A DNA stretch of 63,287 bases, filler included, from Octopus bimaculoides (taxonomy: Eukaryota): the NCBI RefSeq assembly GCF_001194135.2. It is 5 parts of 5 records of this genome, joined end to end, with 100 filler letters (N's around TTAATTAATTAA, not from the genome) between each part and the next. Parts side by side here need not be neighbours in the genome. Positions count along the whole stretch, not along the records: positions 44,071 to 56,844 come from NC_068982.1; positions 56,945 to 60,714 come from NW_026369453.1; positions 60,815 to 63,287 come from NC_069002.1; 2 more parts are not named here. One strand, written 5' to 3'. The translations under genes were made by a program, and so were the position numbers. A model generated the notes under the pieces. The model made no database searches. It worked only from the letters and a program-made list of their open reading frames with translations, and was not told the DNA's origin. This document shows positions 52,705 to 63,287 of this stretch, in pieces (the first letter of the stretch is position 1; the number at the start of each line of letters is the position of its first letter).

Positions 52705-53739
52705 AATATATATANNNNNNNNNNNNNNNNNNNNNNNNNNNNNNNNNNNNNNNNNNNNNNNNNNNNNNNNNNNNNNNNNNNNNNNNNNNNNNNNNNNNNN
52801 NNNNNNNNNNNNNNNNNNNNNNNNNNNNNNNNNNNNNNNNNNNNNNNNNNNNNNNNNNNNNNNNNNNNNNNNNNNNNNNNNNNNNNNNNNNNNNNNNNNN
52901 NNNNNNNNNNNNNNNNNNNNNNNNNNNNNNNNNNNNNNNNNNNNNNNNNNNNNNNNNNNNNNNNNNNNNNNNNNNNNNNNNNNNNNNNNNNNNNNNNNNN
53001 NNNNNNNNNNNNNNNNNNNNNNNNNNNNNNNNNNNNNNNNNNNNNNNNNNNNNNNNNNNNNNNNNNNNNNNNNNNNNNNNNNNNNNNNNNNNNNNNNNNN
53101 NNNNNNNNNNNNNNNNNNNNNNNNNNNNNNNNNNNNNNNNNNNNNNNNNNNNNNNNNNNNNNNNNNNNNNNNNNNNNNNNNNNNNNNNNNNNNNNNNNNN
53201 NNNNNNNNNNNNNNNNNNNNNNNNNNNNNNNNNNNNNNNNNNNNNNNNNNNNNNNNNNNNNNNNNNNNNNNNNNNNNNNNNNNNNNNNNNNNNNNNNNNN
53301 NNNNNNNNNNNNNNNNNNNNNNNNNNNNNNNNNNNNNNNNNNNNNNNNNNNNNNNNNNNNNNNNNNNNNNNNNNNNNATATATATATATATACACAGGTG
53401 CGTACATATATATACAGAGAGATACACACGTACGCATACATACACATATACATACATTAAAAAATGCATCATAAGGTCAGTTTCTTGGATTCTGTGAGGT
53501 ATGTATTATCCTCCTTGGACTGGACGCCGGCCCGTCACAAGAGTATTGAATTTTACCAGCGGAACGCATTGGAGTGTTTAGCTCAAGAAGACAACACATC
53601 TGTTCAAGGAATGGTAACCACAATCTTACGATCATGAGTGCAACTCCCTGACTACTAAGCCACGTGCCGCACATATACATGCATACATGCATACATACAT
53701 CGCACACAAACATCACATGCAAACATACTGGAGTTTACT

Positions 53740-53887
53740 TGAATGAATAAACCCCAGTATTCATTTTATTTAAAGCCTAATACTTATTGGTCTCTATGTC
53801 AAACCGCTAGGTTGCAGGGACGTAAAGACGCCAACATTGGTTGTCAAGCGGTGGAGGTATAAACAGACAGACACGCGCGCGCACACA

Positions 53888-53939
<52 letters not shown>

Positions 53940-54075
53940 TCATGAGCTTCATTTTGTTACCGTCTGCCAAATCCAATGATAAGGCTTCGGGTAGCCCGAA
54001 GCTATAGTACAAGACACTTGCCCAAGGTTCCACACAGTAGGACTGAACCCGGAATCATGTGGTTGGGAAGCAGAG
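53740..54075 (-). mobile_element. SINE family A copy
   Basis: Body, (CA)n and head in the same order as 49858-50275. Confidence 0.85.
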
Positions 54076-54344
54076 AGGGAGAGAAACTGAGAGATATTGC
54101 TGGAGTGAGTGATTGAGTGAAAGAAAGAGAGAGGAGAATACACAGAGAGTGATATAACTGTGAGATATACAGGGTTTGTATGTATATCGAGAGAGAGAGA
54201 GAGAGAGAGAGAGGAAGAGAGAGAGAGAGAGGAAGAGAGAGAAAGAGAGAGAGCGTGTATGTATGCTTATGTGTCTATATGTGTGTATATGTGTGTACGA
54301 TAAGAGATGATTGATAATATAAGATAGAGAGAGAATGAGCGTAG

Positions 54345-54560
54345 ACTCATTTAGCTAGGACGACAGAGAGGTAGATATAATACTCGGTCTACTTTGCCAT
54401 AACTGGAAATGTTGCCGTTCTTTTACCAAGTGGGAATTCAATGTATCTCTTTGATTCTTCCTTGATACATCAGCACCAAACATCTCTATCAAATGATGAA
54501 AGCCTCTCGAACCGGAAGTGCTCAAAAGCTCTAGCAATAAACACCGACGATACCTAATCA
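54345..54560 (+). mobile_element. Possible Helitron/PIF1 helicase relic
   Basis: FAITGNVAVLLPSG and DESLSNRKCSKAL loosely resemble A(S/T)TGIAATLLPGG and DExxMxxxxxxEAL; weak. Confidence 0.25.
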
Positions 54561-55559
54561 ACTTTTTTCATATTTTTTTAAACAGATTTCTTTCATTATA
54601 TATTTTTTGATATTTATGTTTTATTTAGTTCTTTATTTATGCTTCATTTACATATTTTGGTTGGTGGAACTGGAGGTTGGTTTACATTTTTTGTTCTTCT
54701 TATTTAGTTTTGCTCTATCAAGTTATGAGCTCTAAACCAACCACAAGCGATTGTTTTCTTTCGTTTTATTGCTGTCTTGCATATATTAGGATATAATATT
54801 TTGACTATGATACTATTCTTTCAAATTGTTTGCTCACTGTCAATGAAAGATACACGATTTCGGCCTTCCTTCTTCTTGGGATCACTAACATTATGTAACA
54901 CGAATTTTGTCCTTGGGTAGCAACTGTTATTTCCTGTTTGCTTACTCCAAGAAAATATGAAAAGTGGCTAATATCTCCTTCAAACTTCGCTTTTATTATA
55001 TCTATTCAAACCCTAAAGGATCCCTCTCATCAAATGCCTACGATTCCCCGCCACCACTCCTGCTCATGATCATGTACATATTGTCAGCTACTAAGGGCTC
55101 AAGTGGTTGTGGTCAAAAAACTAACAAGAAAATTTGTGGTATTGAGCAGAATATTTTCTCTAACAGTATTTCTGCATCAGCAACTCAGCGTTGAATCTGT
55201 CTGTAATGGAAAATAGGTCAGTTTCAAAGCATTGATGGAAATAGCAGTCATTTCCTTTGATTTCTAGATAGAAGCAAATAGGAAATAATACTTACTGACC
55301 AAAGTAAAAAAGGAAAATAATAATAATTTGTTATACAATGTAATATACAGTCCTAGTCTGGTACTTGGGTTGATTAAACAAAAAAGATATTAATTTCCCA
55401 AATATTTACAACATTGTGTAGTTGCGTTAGGATGACCAGCACACTTACAAGATTGTACTTGGGTAGGTGAAAGTAAAAACACTGACCATGGCCGGAAGAA
55501 ATGTCAGTGACAACTCGGTATCGAATACCAAAATTTGTATATCTGACCTCAAAACTTAC

Positions 55560-55601
55560 TTCCATGTAAACTTGAAGTAAGACATCTTTGCCATGAACCA
55601 T
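55560..55601 (-). other. Candidate 42-nt exon
   Basis: ctttctatgttttgtgtag| ... gaa|GTAAGTTT; length divisible by 3; all three frames open. Confidence 0.35.
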
Positions 55602-56349
55602 CTACACAAAACATAGAAAGCTACAGCTTATAATACATGTAGAACTAAGCAACGGTACAACTGAAAACATTTGCTACGTTATTTCCGACTGCGATTAAAT
55701 GTCCTCTAGATACGACGTTCTCAAAAGAAATGACGTAGCAGCCAGTGCGATATGAGAGAAATATAATAAGAAACGAAGGTGCTTTTGCTGAGATATATGG
55801 ATCGAAAAAAAATATTGGTAGGATAGCTAGGAATATAAACAGTAAGTAGATAAATACATAACCGACCTGATATCGCTGTTTGATAGAATAAAAGAGAAAC
55901 ATGTCCTGTCGTGAAGTCCACTTGGTGAATAAATTATAATAGAAAGAAATTATCTGTGGACTTTTGGTGCAGTGTCTGTAAAACCAGTTGACAACATACA
56001 CTTTTTGCAATACTCCCTATTTTTGGAGCAGCAAGATATATAGTAACTCAGCTGAACTTTGTTTGGGAAAGAAGGAAAATATAACGCGCGCGCGCAAGCA
56101 CATACACATACATACATACACATACATACATACATACATACATACATACATACATACATACATACATACAAACATAGTGAGTGAGAGTGAGAGAAGACTA
56201 CGCTTGTTAATGTGTCCACCGTTGTATTCAGAGGATGGTGTTTGGGTTGAGGAAATTTGCCTGCTATTTCTAAAAGATCTAGCAATCCTGTAAAGGCTTC
56301 CTAATTACTGCTGCTGGTCTTAGTGATGTTGATGAAGGTGATAACGGTA

Positions 56350-56721
56350 GAAATGAAGGGTTGGTGTTGGTGGTGATGGTGTTATTGTTAGTGTTGGTGG
56401 TGATGGTGGTGATGGTTGTATCGTAGAGATTGCAGTGAAGGATTATAATGGCTGTTCTTTTCAATGGCTCATACAGTTGTTGGTGTTGTTGTTGTTGATG
56501 ATGATGATGATGATGATGTTCATGATGAAGATGGTGGTGGTGGTGATGGTGATGATGATGATGATGATGGTGGTGGTGATGGCGGTGGGGTAATGGTGAT
56601 ACTTGCCTTGGCTGCCGATTCCTATATGTGGCTTGTTAGCCGATTACACTAAAATAACGAAGCTGTTGGTGATTGCAATAGAGGTAGTGGTTCGATCTGG
56701 TGTTGTTATTGTTGTTGTTGT

Positions 56722-56780
<59 letters not shown>

Positions 56781-56815
56781 TCATCATCATCATCATCAGC
56801 AGCAGCAGCAGCAGC
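56350..56815. repeat. Mosaic GGT/GAT/GTT/AGT/CAT/CAG trinucleotide region
   Basis: Read directly. Confidence 0.9.
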
Positions 56816-56944
56816 ACTGTTGAAGCTGTTAGATGCAGTGCTGANNNNNNNNNNNNNNNNNNNNNNNNNNNNNNNNNNNNNNNNNNNNTTAATTAATTAA
56901 NNNNNNNNNNNNNNNNNNNNNNNNNNNNNNNNNNNNNNNNNNNN

Positions 56945-56982
<38 letters not shown>

Positions 56983-57356
56983 CATGTTTGCATAATATAT
57001 AGATAGATACATACATACATATATACAAACATATATACAAGCAAAGATACATACATACATACATACATACATACATACATACATACATACATACATACAA
57101 GCATGCATACAAACAAACACATATACATAGTTCAGCAGGTCGATGGACGTGCGTGTTGAGATAAATATACAGAGAACAGATCGTGTTTCTGCCATGACTC
57201 TGAACTCCGATCGGTCTCGTCGTCAGTCTGCACTGAATAACGCGAATTTCAAATTCCTCGGGCTACTTAGCAGTGATCGAATAGCGAGATATAGAAATTC
57301 AGACACCCGGTAGTCGTTAATCCAATATATTGCTTCAATCAACAAATAGCGCTGTT

Positions 57357-57412
<56 letters not shown>

Positions 57413-58602
57413 NNNNNNNNNNNNNNNNNNNNNNNNNNNNNNNNNNNNNNNNNNNNNNNNNNNNNNNNNNNNNNNNNNNNNNNNNNNNNNNNNNNNNNNN
57501 NNNNNNNNNNNNNNNNNNNNNNNNNNNNNNNNNNNNNNNNNNNNNNNNNNNNNNNNNNNNNNNNNNNNNNNNNNNNNNNNNNNNNNNNNNNNNNNNNNNN
57601 NNNNNNNNNNNNNNNNNNNNNNNNNNNNNNNNNNNNNNNNNNNNNNNNNNNNNNNNNNNNNNNNNNNNNNNNNNNNNNNNNNNNNNNNNNNNNNNNNNNN
57701 NNNNNNNNNNNNNNNNNNNNNNNNNNNNNNNNNNNNNNNNNNNNNNNNNNNNNNNNNNNNNNNNNNNNNNNNNNNNNNNNNNNNNNNNNNNNNNNNNNNN
57801 NNNNNNNNNNNNNNNNNNNNNNNNNNNNNNNNNNNNNNNNNNNNNNNNNNNNNNNNNNNNNNNNNNNNNNNNNNNNNNNNNNNNNNNNNNNNNNNNNNNN
57901 NNNNNNNNNNNNNNNNNNNNNNNNNNNNNNNNNNNNNNNNNNNNNNNNNNNNNNNNNNNNNNNNNNNNNNNNNNNNNNNNNNNNNNNNNNNNNNNNNNNN
58001 NNNNNNNNNNNNNNNNNNNNNNNNNNNNNNNNNNNNNNNNNNNNNNNNNNNNNNNNNNNNNNNNNNNNNNNNNNNNNNNNNNNNNNNNNNNNNNNNNNNN
58101 NNNNNNNNNNNNNNNNNNNNNNNNNNNNNNNNNNNNNNNNNNNNNNNNNNATATATATATATATATAGTGTACTGTACTGGGATGTAATATCAACCAAAT
58201 AAATGACTCCATAAATATCATTTAATAAATATAATATATTAGTTTATGTGCTACTATTACAACATGTTAAACAGTGTTTTATAAGACGTCTGGTGTCCGA
58301 GCGCAATCATCAGACACCGCACGCATGGCATAACCAACTATATATATGTATCGAAACAGGAGATTAAAAAGACGCTTTGGTATGATTTATTCACCGTTAT
58401 ATGTGTTTCAGTTGTTAAAAGGATTTATAATATAATACATGTAACAGAAATATTTCCAATTAAAAATTATTTAGAAAGAGAACAGAGGTTGGGTTATAAT
58501 CCTATCTACATAATATTTACCAATATGTATAGGTATATACATATATATATATACATATACATTCATCATATGTACACACATACACTCACACACACATGCT
58601 TT

Positions 58603-58776
58603 ATCTTTTACTTGTTTCAATCATTAGGCTGCGGCCATGCCGGAGCACCACCTTGGAAATTTGCTTTAGTACATATTACCTGGTACTTATTCTCTTTTGC
58701 CGAAGGGCTAAATTACGGGGACAGAAACACACCAGCACTGGTTGTCAAGCGATGGTGGGGGACAAACACAGACACA

Positions 58777-58790
<14 letters not shown>
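58603..58790 (-). mobile_element. SINE family A 3' body
   Basis: cttttacttgtttcaatcattaggctgcggccatgccggagcacc...ggttgtcaagcgatggtgggggacaaacac. Confidence 0.85.
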
Positions 58791-58819
<29 letters not shown>

Positions 58820-58894
58820 GCGCACGCATATGTGTGTGTGTGCGTTTGCGCGTCTAGGTTTGTGTGTGTGTATATATATGTATATATCAACGTA

Positions 58895-58962
<68 letters not shown>

Positions 58963-59418
58963 GTTTGCGCGTCGGGGTTTGTGTGTGTTTGTGTGTGTGT
59001 ATATATGTATATATCAACGTAATATATATATATATATATATANNNNNNNNNNNNNNNNNNNNNNNNNNNNNNNNNNNNNNNNNNNNNNNNNNNNNNNNNN
59101 NNNNNNNNNNNNNNNNNNNNNNNNNNNNNNNNNNNNNNNNNNNNNNNNNNNNNNNNNNNNNNNNNNNNNNNNNNNNNNNNNNNNNNNNNNNNNNNNNNNN
59201 NNNNNNNNNNNNNNNNNNNNNNNNNNNNNNNNNNNNNNNNNNNNNNNNNNNNNNNNNNNNNNNNNNNNNNNNNNNNNNNNNNNNNNNNNNNNNNNNNNNN
59301 NNNNNNAAAATGTGAAATGAAGTGTCTTGCCCAAGAACACAACCCGCCGCCCAATCAGGGAACCGAACCCACGATTTAGCGATTGTGAGCGCAACAGCCT
59401 AATCACTAGGCCACGTGA

Positions 59419-59486
<68 letters not shown>

Positions 59487-59984
59487 GGGAGGGTAGAAAT
59501 TGATATCAATCAATTAACATCAATTTAAACCAGTGGTCTAGCATATTTAAAAGTCCGAAAATTTAAACTTATATTACAAGTAATAAGTGGACTGATCACT
59601 AAAGTGGATTCCTAATATAGTAAAGATAGACATTAAATAGCCTTACCACGAAGCATCTGTTTTCATGAAAAATCTCAACAAAGACGCCAGAATGTAAAAA
59701 TGAGCAAGAGAAATGAAAATATAAAACGATTACCTACGTATCATGATTTCGTTGTTAACACTTGCAAAATGCAAAAATCAAAATGCAAATACCTGCAACT
59801 CTTCAGCGTAGTCTGTCGCATTACAAAACATATTTCACAGAACTATACATAGAAACGTTCACCCGAAAGATACCGCGTGTACAGTCTGCAAATTATATTT
59901 GGGGGCATCTTTCATATGTCTTCATTTTGGCGCGCTGAGGCCGGAAATTTAACGGTTAGAGAACATAACTATTTTAAATTAAAT

Positions 59985-60140
59985 AATGCAGGTATTGGTA
60001 GTGCAAATCAGAGGTGCAATCTGTGTGGGTGTTTTTTCAAAACACTGTCTGGTTTAAAAAGCCACATCAGACGCCATGAAAGGGCTAAGGTGTAGGTGCA
60101 GGAGGTGGTCAAACTCTGTTTAAGGAGTAGACAACCACCA
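59985..60140 (+). mobile_element. Short LINE 3' end (RTE-like) encoding one canonical C2H2 zinc finger
   Basis: 60015-60077 encodes CNLCGCFFKTLSGLKSHIRRH (C-x2-C-x12-H-x3-H); stop at 60093-60095; no splice signals or second finger. Confidence 0.55.
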
Positions 60141-60149
60141 TATACAATT

Positions 60150-60270
60150 GGCTTCTTTCAGTTTCCATCTATGAAATCCACGTGAGTGGATTTGGTCGGC
60201 CCATGTGCCACACAGAGAGACTGAAACACCAACATTGTGGTTGCGAAGCAAGCTTCTTTTCACACAGACA
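60150..60270 (-). mobile_element. SINE family A head fragment
   Basis: ggcttctttcagtttccatctatgaaatccac...gcgaagcaagcttcttttcacacag. Confidence 0.75.
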
Positions 60271-60814
60271 AGCCTGTGTCTACACACATACATAAACACA
60301 CATGCACACATTCAGATGTACGCACGTATGAATGTAGTAATGCGTTCCACACTCAAAGCAAAAAGGAAACCGTAAGAGTGTATTTCAATACATGCGCTTC
60401 GCCCGTGTACTTGCTCAAGATAAAGGAAGCTAAATATATTTTTTATCTTTGCAAAGATAAAAGCCACAATGAAAGTTTTAACACACATACCGTCATAGAG
60501 ATCTGCATTTGCACACGCCCAGTCACATGCCATTTCAAGTACAATAGAACGACGCATAAGAAAACAGATTATCATAGACATACGTCTTATCTCCGTGATC
60601 AACCTTATTTCTGTGCGTTTAAGCATATATTTTCACCTCATCAACAATTAGATTGAGGCGAAGCGTAGACTAACAATTCAAATATTATATAATATATATA
60701 ATATGTATATAATANNNNNNNNNNNNNNNNNNNNNNNNNNNNNNNNNNNNNNNNNNNNTTAATTAATTAANNNNNNNNNNNNNNNNNNNNNNNNNNNNNN
60801 NNNNNNNNNNNNNN

Positions 60815-60863
<49 letters not shown>

Positions 60864-62139
60864 TACACGTACACACACTCACACACACTGTATATTCACG
60901 TGGTTATATGTTTATAAATGTGTCTGGATGCGGGATGAGTCATGCAATAACATCCAACATATGGCGGAGCGTCTTATCCGTGTGACAATCAATATCTCTT
61001 AAATATTTATTTGCATTTTCTCTCATCAGATTTTGTTTTTGCATAACACATAACGCAGTCGCAGCCTTTTTGTTTTTCTTCGAGATACACGTGAATAGGA
61101 ATTGTGGTGGATGCGATGTGAGTGGGGAGAGCCAGCTCTCGATCGGCAGCTTTATCCCTTTCTCTCTCCTTAAGCTCAATGTTAAACATGATCGTGGCTG
61201 TTGCCAAGGGAGAGATTAGAAATAAAACTGACATTTGTATAGTGATGAGACTTCGAAATGCTTAAACAGAATTATTTTTAGTTAGAATTAATTATGTATT
61301 ACTGTGACAATTTAGACAGGTAACACACGACGTGGGAGAACACCGATCTAAAACTGACGTACCCTTAAGACATATGATATTGATTCCTGTGTCAGCAGTA
61401 GGTGAACAATGAGATGTGCATAAAACAGGTTGACAGGTTGGGCTACAAGTAGCTGATTACGATGCGTTTCAGGTCTGCAGGTGATTAATTTCCTTTTTCT
61501 TTTTAGTTAGGGATTACTTGTTGCTATAAAGGTAACACTCTTATTCACTACCATATTAAATTGTCAATTAAGTAAATTAGACATTATCTGCAGGCAATCG
61601 TTAAATATATTTTGGAAATAGACAATACTTAATGTATATACACCATTTGAATGTATGATGTTGTACATATACTACATAAAAATGTACTACTTTACATTAA
61701 TAATTGTATTTTCACCCGAAATAGGACAATAGTGGTGTGAAAATGTGATTGTCAATGGAGTTGGCATGATGAATTTCCGAAAAAGAAGTTGAAAGCTAGA
61801 TAAAGAAGAGAAAATGAAATAACATTAAACTTATATAGTTATCTATTTACCATTCATGACTTACATTTTCGAAAGGCACAATGCTGTGGTTTTTGTCTGA
61901 GAGAAAATTTTGAGCCATGTTTTATGACGTCCATTAATAACTATCGTACGTTAACGCTGTTGAAATTGCATACACCGAGTATATTTCAGCTTGGCAAGCT
62001 CTCCGCAATATCAGAGAATATATATATATTGTTCACTGTTGTTATATATCGAAAGATAATAAGGCTAAAAGGATAGTAGCCTAGAGTCTGCGATATATCT
62101 ACTCAATACAGAGAGGGTGGTACTTTCCAATTCGCCAAC

Positions 62140-62640
62140 AAAAACTCATCCATATGTTTACAATCGGTTAAAATTCCAGATCTGGAATTCAGCTGAGCAG
62201 CAGATTTCTAAGGTCTGAAAAGGATTTGTGCTCTTTCAGGTACTCAAAGCTTACAATTTTTATCCTTTGACATATGGTGTGGACTTGTCAACTGCGTTTA
62301 CTTTATTATATGTGGTGTGGCGTTAGACTGCAAACCCCTTACATGGCAAGCCACCTTTGGGGCTTTACATTTGTCCCTGAATAGGAAGGAAGATATGTAG
62401 TTGGCACAGGGATTCTTGAAGTTACCTTCACATAGCCCAGTGTAGCTCTTCTTTTCGATTATGTTATCAACTAGCGTTGCTGTAACTTCTACCGCATATA
62501 TGACGGATTTAATCATGCATCTCTGGTCGAGTGGACAAACTCCTGGGTTTCGAGAGTTACAACTGAGAGCAGGTCCTTGGTGGTTGCAGTGTGTAATCAT
62601 GCTTTTCATTTTGAGGCAGCAGCTATGTGATAATTACACT
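62140..62640 (-). mobile_element. Penelope-like element GIY-YIG endonuclease relic
   Basis: SCNSRNPGVCPLDQRCMIKSVIYAVEV..KSYTGLCEGNFK..SSF matches the CNC..CPL..C..VxY..YIG..FK pattern of PLE endonucleases. Confidence 0.8.
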
Positions 62641-63287
62641 CAACGCCGCTGAATATATTTCTGTATCTCTTTCCCCTCCTCTTGCTTTTTTCTCATTACT
62701 CTTTAGTTTTCCGGTATTTTCAAACTTACACGTTTTGCACCTACTGCCTTCTCACCTTTTCTCGTCTTTCTCGTTTTCCTACCATCCTATTCTCCTACTT
62801 TTAGCTTGCTATGCCAAGTGGACACAGGCTGAAGACTGCGTGAAAGCACCAGATGTGTTTTAAAATGCTGTCTGAGATGTTTTCATCGCATGAAACTAAT
62901 AATAGTCCATAGAAATATATATATAGCTCATATAAATATATATTACAAACATTTATTTGTAATATGATGTCAAAATTTCCGTTGCTCGTAATTGCGACCT
63001 GTTCACTGACAAAAGTGCAGCAGAATTTTTTGTCTGTGAGCACGTTGCAGTTTTGAGCGACGGAAATTTTATCATAATATTACAAATAAAATAATTGTTG
63101 AATTGAAGCTGATGATTTTCCTAAGTGGCTAACTTCTGCCCTCGCTGCTTTTATTGCTTTACATCAAGTTACTTTCTATGAAAGATTAACATAGTCGCTC
63201 TTTCTTCATTTACGCTAACTATTTGATAAATTCTTACAAAGACTTTCTCCTATTATTGAAGTACATACAAATATATATATATATATA

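Noticed and set aside
58850-59042. ~120-bp local duplication around tatatcaacgtaatat
   Set aside because: Slippage or assembly stutter in a microsatellite next to a gap.
60237-60656. 139-aa ORF
   Set aside because: Starts in a SINE head and CA-rich tract; no recognisable domain or splice pair.

Overview
AT-rich eukaryotic draft-assembly DNA with many N gaps. The SINE families, microsatellite load and mix of RTE, Tx1, R4 and Penelope relics point to an octopus (coleoid cephalopod) genome; this is an inference, not a database match. I see no complete protein-coding gene, true tRNA/rRNA gene or CRISPR array; most long ORFs in the track are microsatellite or N-gap artefacts. The window looks intronic or intergenic. 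It holds at least four tRNA-headed SINE families, decayed LINE fragments (CR1/L2, RTE/BovB-like, Tx1/L1-like, R4/Dong-like), Penelope-like RT and GIY-YIG relics, and Tc1/mariner fragments including a TA-flanked MITE. There is also a ~370-bp foldback element and several weakly supported candidate exons on both strands. The best lead is a small repeat (two copies, ~140-376 and ~48884-49075) combining tRNA-like A/B-box pieces, an (AAT)n tract and a minimal type I hammerhead ribozyme. The ribozyme core is intact at 48974-49019 (minus) and mutated at 245-290 (plus). TE boundaries are approximate and all alignments were done by eye.
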